Below are positions 10,001 through 19,167 of a stretch of DNA of 32,000 nt, piece by piece; the stretch's first letter is position 1, and each line of letters opens with the position of its first letter. Source of the stretch: Pirellula staleyi DSM 6068 (lineage in GTDB: Bacteria > Planctomycetota > Planctomycetia > Pirellulales > Pirellulaceae); the NCBI GenBank assembly GCA_000025185.1, contig CP001848.1, forward strand, positions 4,380,001-4,412,000, read 5' to 3'. The notes under the pieces are model-generated. The model searched no databases and was not told the DNA's origin. It was given only the letters and a program-made list of their open reading frames with translations. The position numbers and the translations under genes were made by a program.

Positions 10001-13000
10001 GCTTTCACGTTGCAGCTTGCCACCTTCTGGGAAGCTGAGGTCGCCACCACTTCAGCGCTCCGCTGGCTACTCGCACTGCTCGTCCTCGTCTGCTCAGCGG
10101 TCTATCTGCTGCGCGATCGTTTCACGGCGTTCTTCTCGCAACTGGGACTTACCTGGGGGAGCGACGAACCTCTCACCCCCGCGCATGTGCTGCTCGCGAC
10201 GCGCGCGATCCTTGTCGCCATCGCCATCGTTCCGTACCTGCTGATGGCGGCCTACATCTCTAGCGCAGCGCTCCAAAACTACACTTTCTCTGCCGGACAG
10301 TCGCAGCTGATCGACGCTTTCAAAGTAGTGGGAGTTCTCTCGCTGGTCTTCGCCTCCGCTGTGCTGGCTGCCAGCTTTGCCGCGCAAGAATCGCAGGCGC
10401 TCCCTCAACGTTTTGCCGCTCCACTCGCCATCGGCAGCCTGATCCTCGGTGCCGGGCCGCTCGCCATCACTTGGGGTTTTGCGATTGCTCAAAGTCTGAT
10501 CGTCCATCCACTCCTGGGACCCAACGTCGACTCCTGGTTCGTCGCCATCGGCAACCCTGCCTCCTTCGGCATGCCACTGGCGATCATCGCGCTGACACTT
10601 TTGGGGATCGGAGCGTTCGAACGACGGGTCGGCTATGTCTACGCAGCAACTCATCTGCTGAGCATCGTGGCGACGATGGTCTATCTGATGCTGCGGGCCA
10701 AAATGTCGCGCACGCTCGGCCCCGATGCCTGGACCGAAGTGCTGCAGCTCAACAGCGCCGTCTTAGGTGTTTCGGCGATCCTTTGGACCAGCATCGTGGC
10801 CCTCTACGAGCGCCAGCGCACCGATAAATCCCCCGGCGATCTCCCCGCGCAGCTGCCCACACTGACGATCGCGCAGATGCTGCTCGCTACGCTACTGATG
10901 CTGTTGACCCACGTCCCCACCTACCTCGCACACCTTTCACCGCCGGGCAGTTTGACATGGAGCACCCATGCCGGAGGCTGGACCGGACTTTGCCTCCTGA
11001 TCATCTCCCTGGTCGGGACTTGGATGGTGCTCGGCACGACGTTCCTGCGTCTCTTTCCGACGATTGGCACCGCTGCGATTCTCGCGCTCGTCGGAGTGAT
11101 TGTCAGCACCACCGCGAAGCCCACCACAGGAAGCTGGTTAAGCCATCATCTGCTGGAAATCGGCGTCATCGCGAGTGGCATTTGGAGCCTCCTCCTAGTC
11201 CCTCGATCGCTCAGGAACTGGATTTTGGTACCCACCTTTTCCGTCGACGGTCAATCGCCCGAAACTCCCCCATCGATCTGGTGGCTGACCGGGCAAGCGT
11301 CTGGCTGTGGCCTCGCCATCAGCGGACTCTTGACGCTGATTGGTCTGGCCGCTAATTCCTTCGATCCGTGGCATCCGCTCCCTGCGATCGCTGCCTACCT
11401 GACAGCCGCTGGCATGCTCGTCGCAATTGCGATGATCAACGACCAACGCTTCTTCTACTGGGGTGTTCCGCCGCTGGCGACGATGGCGAGCTACGCTCAC
11501 TGGGGTTGGCTCTCGTCAGGGACTCCCGGTTTCTCTCCCTGGATCTTGGAGTGGACGCAGATCTTCGGCATGACGCTCTCCGCGTGTGTCGCGCTGCACG
11601 CATTGCTCGAGCGGTACTGGTTCTCCCGCAGCTCATCACGCGCCGCCAGTCCTTGGCCATTTCAGTTTTCGCATCTGCTCCTGGCGATGGCGATTTTTGT
11701 GGTCGGTGGACGTGTAGCCCTTGCTTTGATGGGTGATGCGATCATTTTCGGCACCAACATTCGGCCACTTATCGAAGTGTTGTCGACAGCGTCGCTCGTG
11801 ATCGCCGCCGTAGCGCTCCTCTTCGCGCGAACGACCAATGTCACGCTGATTTTGTGCTACTTCGTGGGGCTGCTCGTCACCGCCGAGTTTGTCAATCAGC
11901 TCGATACGCGTGGCACACTCTTCTACTTTACATCGACCTTAGCCCTGGCCGCCTTCACGGTCGCGACGAGCTACCTTTGGAGCATCCGCGCGAAACTATA
12001 CGGCTTGGCCGAGCAACTCACCTTTCGCACCGAAGCAGCGCGGCCTCTTGCCGGCAGCGATCAGGTTTCTCTGCGCGGCAGCGGTCTTGGCTGGCTGGTC
12101 GTCGCAACAAGCATGCTCAGCCTGGTGGTGATTGGGCTCTCGTTCTTCGGGCAGCTGACGTTCGAGATTTTTGAGTGGCGTGTCTCCGCCGCTCATGCGA
12201 TTTTGGCGCAGGCCATCGCCATGGCGCTTCTGGCGCAAGGAACGATCCGCACAGCGCTGCAGTATGCCTCGCTCGGCATCAGCGTGCTGTTCGCGATTGC
12301 CGCCGGATTTGCCTTCTTGCCTCCCGACATTGTCGCTCCGGTGTTGCACCGAACCGTCACCGCCGCTGTCGCCATTTCCGTGATGATTCCGGTCCTGGGA
12401 CTCGGGCTGGTGAAGCTCACACGGCGCGAAAACGAGTGGACGCAAGCAGCCTATCGACTCCTGCCACTCCTGGCGATGATCGCCTCGATCCTGTTTTGCG
12501 TTGTGCTTGCCATCGAGACCCAGCAATTCACCGAGACTGGCTCGTCGCAGGTGCTCTGGCCCGCAACGGTGGCTGTAGCGCTCGCGCTCTTGCTCCTGAT
12601 TGTCGCCGCGATTGCTGCGGCGGTGCTTCCAGGTCGCGATCCGTTTCAGCTTTCCGAGCAAGGACGGACCGCCTACGTCTATGCCGCCGAACTGATTCTC
12701 GCGCTCCTTGTGCTCCACTTCCGCGTCTCGATGCCGTGGCTCTTTGCTGGTTGGTTCCTGCAATTTTGGCCGCTGCTCACCATCATCGTCGCCTTCATCG
12801 GGGTGGGGGCCTCGGAGTTCGCCCAGCGCTATAAGCTGCATGTCCTCGCCCAGCCGCTCCACAACACCGCCTCGCTCTTGCCACTCATCCCGATTCTCGG
12901 CATGTGGATCGTCCCCTCGGCGCTGCATGGCTCCGCCGTGCTGCTGATTGTCGCGTCGCTCTATGCGGCGCTGGCGCTGCTGCGAAGTTCGCCCCTCTTT

Positions 13001-13525
13001 TCCATCCTCGCGCTCCTGGCGATACAGGGGGCTTGGTGGTTTTTCCTCGGCAACTCCGAATCGCTCGTGATCTGGAAACATCCGCAGCTGTGGCTCATTC
13101 CACCGACCTTGGCGGTCCTGATTGCCACCCATTTCAGCCGGAAACGGATCAGCGTCGAGCAGCAAACCACCATTCGCTATCTGGCGGCCACTGTCCTCTA
13201 CGCCTCATCGTGCGCCGATATCTTCCTGCGCGGCGTGGCGGTCGCTCCTTGGCTGCCGCTGGTGCTGGCGGGGCTTTCGATCCTCGGTGTCATGGCAGGA
13301 ATTTTGCTACGAGTCCGCGCGTTCCTTTATCTCGGCACCGCCTTCTTGCTCGTCGCCATTTTCACCATGATTTGGTACGCCGCTGTCGAACTCGAGCGGA
13401 CCTGGATCTGGTGGGTCGCGGGGATCGTGACCGGCATCCTGATCATCACGCTGTTTGGACTCTTCGAAAAGAAACGCAACGACCTCCTGAAGCTCGTCGA
13501 TCACTTGAAGAAGTGGGACGCCTGA
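7046..13525 (+). CDS. Giant polytopic membrane protein with N-terminal TM anchor and zinc-ribbon (function unknown)
   Basis: Uninterrupted 2166-codon frame. The TTG at 7025 opens the ORF, and the ATG at 7046 is the more likely start. Order of parts: N-terminal TM helix; CxxC...CxxC (CARCG...CSICS); a Pro/Ala-rich linker; a charged helix; then ~1900 aa of almost continuous hydrophobic helices; and a basic amphipathic tail (KKRNDLLKLVDHLKKW). Confidence 0.85.
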   Translation: MAGIILFIVVMVVVTLVGHGIWVFLAWLFTSAREDRHGLPTTSQLSCCARCGTAMTSAERQCSICSWPLPTAQSDRSQAILWAVGAQLARYCRLGLLSPQTMQLWMTRLNPPPTSAASPQVEAATTPAAVAPAAESPTTEVPAAPPLAPALVMGEPDIAAPVPVASSMVDAPIEAMIVEPAILESPVSEPATPRSIEDRARRYLENRELAAQENAATVALAAQATTAAERPKREGLAKLLSAFLEEKNIRWGELVGGLLIVGCTVALVISFWSEINDRPLLKFLLLNGVTAAIFGMGFYTQHSWKLRTTSLGLQLIGMLLVPLNFLAIAAFTSKAPPSDPLSLGGELLSLVFFGTLSFYAARELVPAWRWHCTLAAMLMCVWQLLTRRFIQADATNAAIYLFATVPVATYLITFGLALIDARRAWQWSERKTNRLFTLLGLTTIGVLLPLGVLLYQTQQSYRALEKLSPLLTLLASPALMLGVVAMLKIQKRSLLWQRIISVSIGLLGGLLTVVSLVLAWPAPMLLLPTLGFIAGFFLFLSIRFRLAAAHLPACMALLVVLLILWQVLSGNVALDSLESEKLATGLVSGSSGFVLIGAAVLFVISSVILEKRSLPHDSAWHMRSAELAATLGFILVSVAGLGRSGDPIGATFAYLFLAIATAITSLVTRRQLLAQLASALLLITCVQAIVFRYTLIHQLEAPWVAALLAHATFAIVGNYSLRWFPPLEREPLSPQSAYTAALSLVAATGCIAFASLTMSWEMSTLYVSWLTSLVLLVALLLPMPLLFEGFQLLLALSVGLGVLAAASRQTWFTEAELPYRHPWLWIAQGIAFALQSAGWKVARLIYAHRWLGATAPDTTSEQPPTSFDPQLSIPNWLATYERELRLKFDHIAAIIALVILVGSSCYAVLPGAAQEISPVQVTAPFARKDLQPIAAEKFELLGAPHTLAAGFPAAILTLTVFAALVLGLWQHGKSLRIPAILLVLFAFTLQLATFWEAEVATTSALRWLLALLVLVCSAVYLLRDRFTAFFSQLGLTWGSDEPLTPAHVLLATRAILVAIAIVPYLLMAAYISSAALQNYTFSAGQSQLIDAFKVVGVLSLVFASAVLAASFAAQESQALPQRFAAPLAIGSLILGAGPLAITWGFAIAQSLIVHPLLGPNVDSWFVAIGNPASFGMPLAIIALTLLGIGAFERRVGYVYAATHLLSIVATMVYLMLRAKMSRTLGPDAWTEVLQLNSAVLGVSAILWTSIVALYERQRTDKSPGDLPAQLPTLTIAQMLLATLLMLLTHVPTYLAHLSPPGSLTWSTHAGGWTGLCLLIISLVGTWMVLGTTFLRLFPTIGTAAILALVGVIVSTTAKPTTGSWLSHHLLEIGVIASGIWSLLLVPRSLRNWILVPTFSVDGQSPETPPSIWWLTGQASGCGLAISGLLTLIGLAANSFDPWHPLPAIAAYLTAAGMLVAIAMINDQRFFYWGVPPLATMASYAHWGWLSSGTPGFSPWILEWTQIFGMTLSACVALHALLERYWFSRSSSRAASPWPFQFSHLLLAMAIFVVGGRVALALMGDAIIFGTNIRPLIEVLSTASLVIAAVALLFARTTNVTLILCYFVGLLVTAEFVNQLDTRGTLFYFTSTLALAAFTVATSYLWSIRAKLYGLAEQLTFRTEAARPLAGSDQVSLRGSGLGWLVVATSMLSLVVIGLSFFGQLTFEIFEWRVSAAHAILAQAIAMALLAQGTIRTALQYASLGISVLFAIAAGFAFLPPDIVAPVLHRTVTAAVAISVMIPVLGLGLVKLTRRENEWTQAAYRLLPLLAMIASILFCVVLAIETQQFTETGSSQVLWPATVAVALALLLLIVAAIAAAVLPGRDPFQLSEQGRTAYVYAAELILALLVLHFRVSMPWLFAGWFLQFWPLLTIIVAFIGVGASEFAQRYKLHVLAQPLHNTASLLPLIPILGMWIVPSALHGSAVLLIVASLYAALALLRSSPLFSILALLAIQGAWWFFLGNSESLVIWKHPQLWLIPPTLAVLIATHFSRKRISVEQQTTIRYLAATVLYASSCADIFLRGVAVAPWLPLVLAGLSILGVMAGILLRVRAFLYLGTAFLLVAIFTMIWYAAVELERTWIWWVAGIVTGILIITLFGLFEKKRNDLLKLVDHLKKWDA

Positions 13526-13559
13526 TCGCGAGCCCCCTTCGGCGAGATTTCCAGGAACG

Positions 13560-13599
13560 AAAAAACCTCGGCAGCTCTGTCGTGACAAAGCTACCGAGG
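13560..13599 (-). terminator. Rho-independent terminator downstream of the beta-propeller gene
   Basis: On the minus strand, CCUCGGUAGC...GCUGCCGAGG forms a 10-bp stem with one G-U pair, followed directly by UUUUUU (plus-strand A-run at 13560-13565). It lies 78 nt after the stop at 13677. Confidence 0.65.
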
Positions 13600-13676
13600 C
13601 ATGGATGTTCTCTGGTCGGCCAAGAGTTTATCGAGCGATCGGAGCGAGCCCCAATATCGCAAACACTGGCTGCTAC

Positions 13677-14966
13677 TTATTCCTTGATGTCGTAGCACAT
13701 CAGCTTGTCTTGCTCGCGCAAGTAGAGCCGTTTGCCAGCCACCACGGGATGGGCCCAGCAAGGTTTCTTGCTCACATACTCGGGGGTAAACGAACCCTTG
13801 AGCTTGTACCCCTCGGTGGTGCATTCGATGAGCGCTACTTCGCCACTTTCGTAGCGGAAAATCAGGTTTCCATCGGCCAAGGTCACTGCGGCGGAACCTT
13901 TACCAACGCCACGCGTTTCGCCACCCCACACCACTTTGCCGGTCGACATCTCGACGCAAATCGGAAAGCCATTATTGTGGCGATGACCACAGTAGATATG
14001 TCCATCCTTCAGAATCATGCCGCCATGGTGATTCTGCAGCACGTCGGCATTCAGGAAGTACTGTTCTTCGGCTTTGATCTCCGTCCCCTCTTTTACGAGC
14101 TTCAGCAGTGCCGAGCCGGTTTGATAGCCAGTGCTGCTGAAAATGTAATCGCCGCTGGCAATCGGGGTCGGGATGTTGGCGACGTCGTTGGCCACATCGT
14201 TGTAGCTCCAGAGGAACTTTCCGGTGGCTGCTTCAATACCAACCAAACCTCGCCCGGTAAGCTGCACGTATTGCTTCACGCCAGCCGCGTTGGAAATGAT
14301 GATCGACGAATAGCCGGCACCATCTTTTCCTTTCCCTTCGATGGCAGGGACCGCTGCCTGCCAGACGGTGTCACCCGTTAGTTTATGGAGGGCAACGACC
14401 ATCGCCTCTTTGCCACCAGGAGTGCAGAGGACCCAGTCGCCATCGACGAGGGGGGATTCGCTGTAGCCCCAGCCCGACATCATCTTGCCACCGAACTCCG
14501 ACTTGAAGTCCCGCTTCCAAACCACTTCACCCCCGTCGCGCTTCAGGCAAACAATCGCGCCACTCGAGGCAACGCAGTAGAGATGCGGGCCATCGATCGT
14601 GGGGGTGCAGCGCGAACCTTCGTAGCTGTGCTTCGGGGGCTCGCTCGTGATTTTTGAAGTCCAAACGACTTTGCCCGTTTCGGCACTCGTGCAGGTGACT
14701 CCCTGACCATCGGCAAAGTTGCCCGTCGTATAGATCATGCCATCGGCGATCGAGACGCTGGCGTAGCCATCTCCCATTCCTTCGACCGACCAGACCAAGG
14801 TCGGCGCTTTCGCACTCCAGTCCTTCAGCAGTCCTGTCTCGGACGAAATTCCGGTTCGATCAGGACCGCGCCATTGCGGCCACGAGCCAGCCGGTTCAGC
14901 AGCCACAAGCGTGGCGCTAGTTCCCATCACCATCAGCAAGGTGGCAAGTTTGCGTCGAATCGACAT
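13677..14966 (-). CDS. Secreted PQQ-like (BamB-type) beta-propeller repeat protein
   Basis: Signal-peptide-like N-terminus from the ATG at 14966 (MSIRRKLATLLMVMGTSATLVAAEP), then WPQWRGPDRTG and repeated G-x-[VI]-[YV]...D-G-x-[VL]-x-A-[LV]-type blades typical of PQQ-like propellers. The ORF could also start at 14993. Confidence 0.85.
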   Translation of the reverse strand: MSIRRKLATLLMVMGTSATLVAAEPAGSWPQWRGPDRTGISSETGLLKDWSAKAPTLVWSVEGMGDGYASVSIADGMIYTTGNFADGQGVTCTSAETGKVVWTSKITSEPPKHSYEGSRCTPTIDGPHLYCVASSGAIVCLKRDGGEVVWKRDFKSEFGGKMMSGWGYSESPLVDGDWVLCTPGGKEAMVVALHKLTGDTVWQAAVPAIEGKGKDGAGYSSIIISNAAGVKQYVQLTGRGLVGIEAATGKFLWSYNDVANDVANIPTPIASGDYIFSSTGYQTGSALLKLVKEGTEIKAEEQYFLNADVLQNHHGGMILKDGHIYCGHRHNNGFPICVEMSTGKVVWGGETRGVGKGSAAVTLADGNLIFRYESGEVALIECTTEGYKLKGSFTPEYVSKKPCWAHPVVAGKRLYLREQDKLMCYDIKE

Positions 14967-15095
14967 CGAGTTCTCACTCCAGGTCCAAGGCATAAGTCGA
15001 AAAACTAGACAATTTCCAGTGCCGAAGAGTGTAGGGGAGCGATCGCGATCGTAGCAAGCTGGAATTACCGCTGCAGGAAAAAGGGGGGAGTTACG

Positions 15096-17318
15096 CTAGA
15101 ACCCCTCGACCGTGTCGGTTGAAGCTCCGTCGCTATCGATCGGCCGCGTAGCGACGCTGAGCGCGGCGAGATCGCTACGAATTTGCTGGTGGATCAAATA
15201 TGCCGCCAGGAGGGCCAGCACACTGGCGCCGATGAACAGCCCGGAGTAGACCGGTTCGCTTTTCACCCAAAAGGCGACCATGAAGAGCCCGAGCAGCGGC
15301 ACCACACCGGCTGTCAGCAGCGAGATGTTGCTGTGCTTTGCCAGGCGTGCGAGCTGTCGCTGGTCGCTAATGTCGGGCGGATGGGGCCCCAGCAGAGTGG
15401 GGTAGAAAACCCGGATCGCGAGCCAGCTGGTCGCCAAAAACGGGAGCCCCGCGCTAACGAGCCCACATGTCGTTTGCGAGAGGATGAAATGGACGTACGG
15501 CGGATACTTGCCCGATAAAAAATGAATCCCCAGAGGAAACGCAAAACCAGCGACGATCCACTCGACCGACCCGATCCAAGCGATCACATGCCCGAGCCAG
15601 AGGGCTCGTCGGCGTGCTTGGAGCGAGAACTCGTCGGAGACTGTTTGGCCAGTCGCCACCAGTTTCACAGCCGACGCCACGCGCCACGAAAAGTAGGTGC
15701 CGAGAATCAGCCCCAGCGGAAAGAAGAACGTATTGAGGATCACCGACACCCGGTCGAATGCGGGTACCAGTTCGGGATTCGGCACAATCACTGCGTGGCG
15801 ATTGAAGAAGAAATTGAACGCGCCGAAGATCGCAAACGGAGGAAAATTGACGAGAATCAGCGAGATCATCGGCCGATGGCGAATGAAGCTGCGCCAGCCG
15901 CTGCCGAGTTCGTGAAGCATGTCCCAGGCACGCGGATTGAGGCACAAGAGCAGATCGCGCGCGAAGGCATTTCCGTCGGCAGGGCGGTTATTAGGATCGG
16001 CATCGAGTGCTCGCGTAAGGACCCGCTCGATGCGCTGCTTCAGCGGATCGACCGTCGTCAGATGCTCGGGGCGTTTGGGGGGCGCTTGCCGCCGAATGTT
16101 CGTCATATCTTCGAGCGTGGCTGTCCAGCCCGATTGCAAATGACTATCGCGAAACGGACGTTCGCCGTAGAGCAATTCCCACAGCATGACGGCGAGCGAA
16201 TAGAGATCGCTACGTCCATCGAGTTCGGCCGGGCTGCGCTCGTGGACCGGATTGCAGGCCTCGAGCTGCTCGGGGGACATGTAGGCCAAGCTGCCGCCAA
16301 AATAGGCGGCCGGTGTCGCGCCGTCGAGCTGCGAACTAAAGCTGATATTGAAGTCGGCCAGCTTAGGGACCGCATCGGCCGAGAGTAAAACGTTGGCAGG
16401 CTTGACGTCGCGATGGAGCACTCCTTGCTTGTGGGCATAGTCGAGTGCCTGCGCGAGCTGCGAGCCGATGCGGCAAATCGTTTCGGCCCAGCTTTGCTTG
16501 CTCACGCGTCGTTTCCAGCTCGATTCTTCGCCGGTCAAGAGTCCACCGCGCGCGAGCGATTCACTCACCGCTGCGACTAGCAGCCCGCCACTGCGCGAAT
16601 GATCGGGAAGTGTACGTACGCGGTCGAGCACTTCGTGGAGCGTGCCACCCGGAGCATACTGCATGTAGAGCAGACGCAGCTTTCGTTCGGCGAGCAGACG
16701 CTGATCGAACACGCGCACGATGTTGGGGTGATCGAGCTGCGCGAGGGTTTGGGGCTCGCTCCCTTTATCGGCGGAGATCTTCAGCGCCACGAGCCGCTGC
16801 ATCGACAGCTGCCGCGCGAGAAACACACAGCCGAACGCACCCTTTCCAAGCTCCACGAGCAGCTCGAAATCGTCGAGCCGCTGTCCCGCGACAAACCCTT
16901 CCATCCGCCGCGCGGGAAACATCGCCGTGGTCATCGACGTCGGCTGAGCGCCGAGCAAACGTCGCAGGGCAGGGGCCGATTTGGGAAAACGTTCGTAGTA
17001 TTCTCCCGCCGTCACATTCGTCTGCTGATTGCGACGAACGTGGTATTCCTCATAAATCAAATCGCAGGGGGGCTCCCCATTTTCGAGCAGTTCGGGAAAG
17101 GCCTCGGCGTAGTTTTCGAGCAGTAGCAGCGCGCCGTTCCCAGCGCGGAGTTCGAGGTCAACCTTAATCAGCTCGGTGAGGACCAGCTTGCGGAGCGTCA
17201 GTGGCTCGTTGGGCAAAAAGTCGGCGATGCTCGGAGGTCCCACCTCCCACGCTTCCACAAAACGATCGAGCCGTTGTGCAAGTTCATCCCAAGCTTGCGT
17301 GGCGGCGGTGGTGCTCAT
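15096..17318 (-). CDS. Membrane-anchored Hanks-type Ser/Thr protein kinase
   Basis: 740 aa. Has Gly-loop GKGAFG, VALK lysine, catalytic loop HRDVKPANVLL, DFN (in place of DFG) and SPE (in place of APE). About 150 aa of N-terminal extension and ~270 aa of C-terminal multi-TM region. Confidence 0.9.
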   Translation of the reverse strand: MSTTAATQAWDELAQRLDRFVEAWEVGPPSIADFLPNEPLTLRKLVLTELIKVDLELRAGNGALLLLENYAEAFPELLENGEPPCDLIYEEYHVRRNQQTNVTAGEYYERFPKSAPALRRLLGAQPTSMTTAMFPARRMEGFVAGQRLDDFELLVELGKGAFGCVFLARQLSMQRLVALKISADKGSEPQTLAQLDHPNIVRVFDQRLLAERKLRLLYMQYAPGGTLHEVLDRVRTLPDHSRSGGLLVAAVSESLARGGLLTGEESSWKRRVSKQSWAETICRIGSQLAQALDYAHKQGVLHRDVKPANVLLSADAVPKLADFNISFSSQLDGATPAAYFGGSLAYMSPEQLEACNPVHERSPAELDGRSDLYSLAVMLWELLYGERPFRDSHLQSGWTATLEDMTNIRRQAPPKRPEHLTTVDPLKQRIERVLTRALDADPNNRPADGNAFARDLLLCLNPRAWDMLHELGSGWRSFIRHRPMISLILVNFPPFAIFGAFNFFFNRHAVIVPNPELVPAFDRVSVILNTFFFPLGLILGTYFSWRVASAVKLVATGQTVSDEFSLQARRRALWLGHVIAWIGSVEWIVAGFAFPLGIHFLSGKYPPYVHFILSQTTCGLVSAGLPFLATSWLAIRVFYPTLLGPHPPDISDQRQLARLAKHSNISLLTAGVVPLLGLFMVAFWVKSEPVYSGLFIGASVLALLAAYLIHQQIRSDLAALSVATRPIDSDGASTDTVEGF

Positions 17319-17597
17319 CGTCCTGTTTCCGAGTCATCGAAGTGCCAGCAAGACACAGATCGGGTGTCGAGGTTCATCTGGCCCGGGGCATTTCTCTTCG
17401 GAGCAATAAGCGCCCGAAAAGCTTTCAGCCCTCAAGTGCTGCACGCCTTAGTGTAGCGAACAGCCGACTTTACTTGCAGCAGGAAGCATAACTACATGCA
17501 AATCTAGCTATTGATCCCTCGCGAATGCTTTCCGCGGAGGTGGTTTGATTGACGGAGCTATCACCCAGCAATGCGCACCTTGCCGCTGGGTTTTGGA

Positions 17598-18065
17598 TTA
17601 AGCCCAGTCGTCGGCGCGACCTGCCTGGCGGAGGAGCGACACGACGTAAGGTTCGGGAATGCCGAACTCGCGAGCCCCCTCCACAATGCGGCGGAGGTAG
17701 GCATCGGTCGGCGGGGCTTCTTCGACCGTGTGCTCGGGGGTCGCAAAATAAGCGACCGCCTCGAATTGCGCTCCTGCATCGTCGGTGACGAGCACCGTTT
17801 TGCGCTCGTAGCCTTGCTCGAAACCGTCGAGTTTTTGCATGGCGACAGCATCGCAGCAGTAGACAGCCCCAATTACCGTGCTGTCAGCAGGTGCCAGATT
17901 GGCATAGATGTCGATATTGTTGCGCCCAAACTTGTTGAACACCACTTGATGGCCCGCCAAATAGGCCCGCCGAGGAGCATCGGGCGTTTCGCGCGCTGGT
18001 CCCACGCGCCGCTCCATTTGCGAGCGCAGCAAATTACTACCGTAGGCAAAATACCAAACATCCAT
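17598..18065 (-). CDS. Gamma-glutamylcyclotransferase family (AIG2/GGACT-like) protein
   Basis: 155 aa. N-terminal YFAYGSNL motif is characteristic of the GGCT fold. Size and layout fit the family. It lies 15 nt downstream of the transglutaminase-like gene. Confidence 0.8.
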   Translation of the reverse strand: MDVWYFAYGSNLLRSQMERRVGPARETPDAPRRAYLAGHQVVFNKFGRNNIDIYANLAPADSTVIGAVYCCDAVAMQKLDGFEQGYERKTVLVTDDAGAQFEAVAYFATPEHTVEEAPPTDAYLRRIVEGAREFGIPEPYVVSLLRQAGRADDWA

Positions 18066-18080
18066 GAGCGGAATCTCGCG

Positions 18081-18890
18081 TTACTTCACTTCGTCGGTCC
18101 AAACTTGGAACGAAGTCAGTGTATTAACTCCAAACGTGGTGGTGAGGGCCACATCGGCTGCATCGCGCCCCCGCGCCATGAGCACCCGCCCGATCCGCGG
18201 CGTATTATTGCGCGCATCAAACGAATACCACTGACCACCAAGGTAGGCTTCAAACCAGGCGCTAAAGTCCATGGGGCTCGCCGCTGGTGGAACCCCAATA
18301 TCTCCCAAATAGCCCGTGCAATAGCGGGCCGGAATATTACAGCAGCGACAGAGTGTAATGGCTAGATGCATAAAGTCGCGGCAAACTCCGACACGTTCGC
18401 GGTAGGCCTCGAGTGCCGTGCGCGTGGCGCGAGCTAATTGGTAGTCGAAACGAATATGCTTATGGGCAAAGTCACAAATCGCTTGCACTCGAGCCCAGCC
18501 TGGTGGTGTCGACGAAAAAAGATTCCAGGCAATGTTTTTCAGTTCGCTGTCGACTTCGCAGTAGCGGCTCGCTAGCAAATAGAGGAGGACTTCGCTGGGC
18601 AACTGCTCTACGGGCGCTTGCATTGCGCTGGGAACTTGCAGATCGGGAAGACCACAATCTTCGACCACCGCTTCATTGCGAAACGAGATGCGTCCCGCAG
18701 GAGCTACGATTCGACCACAGCGGTTGCCGTAGATGTCGAAGTAGGTGGAGATCGGCACATTAGGATGAACTTGAAGCTGTTCCGCTTTCTTCACGGTGGC
18801 ATCGCGTGAGGGATGCATATAGAGCATCGCCACCATCGGAGCAGGTTGTGGCGATTGAAACGAGATCTCGAATCCGACACGCAGCAGCAT
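18081..18890 (-). CDS. Transglutaminase-like cysteine peptidase superfamily protein (COG1305-type)
   Basis: Catalytic-Cys context RERVGVCRDFMHLAITLCRCCNIPARYCTGYL, followed by a ...WFEAYLGGQWYSFDARN core. The start is taken at ATG 18890 (MLLRVGFEISFQ, the usual family N-terminus). The ORF extends to 18968. Confidence 0.85.
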   Translation of the reverse strand: MLLRVGFEISFQSPQPAPMVAMLYMHPSRDATVKKAEQLQVHPNVPISTYFDIYGNRCGRIVAPAGRISFRNEAVVEDCGLPDLQVPSAMQAPVEQLPSEVLLYLLASRYCEVDSELKNIAWNLFSSTPPGWARVQAICDFAHKHIRFDYQLARATRTALEAYRERVGVCRDFMHLAITLCRCCNIPARYCTGYLGDIGVPPAASPMDFSAWFEAYLGGQWYSFDARNNTPRIGRVLMARGRDAADVALTTTFGVNTLTSFQVWTDEVK

Positions 18891-19167
18891 CAAACCCCCG
18901 GCCAATGAGAAGGGAAACGTTAGGAATCCATGTCGATCGAGCGATGAGCCGGGAGAGAGGCCAATCACTGAACCCGTTCATGATAGCGCTTAGCGACCCT
19001 TCAGAGGGGATAATTCTCGGGGGAATTGCGAGGAATCGCGCGGATCGCGATAGTGGGAAGCCCTTTCCACAAGGTATTCTCACCCCCAGCGAGCCGCGTT
19101 CGAAGCCCCATTGAGCGCCACTGCGGTAGCTGGATTTTTGAGACGTAGATTTTTTGCGAGCCACTCC

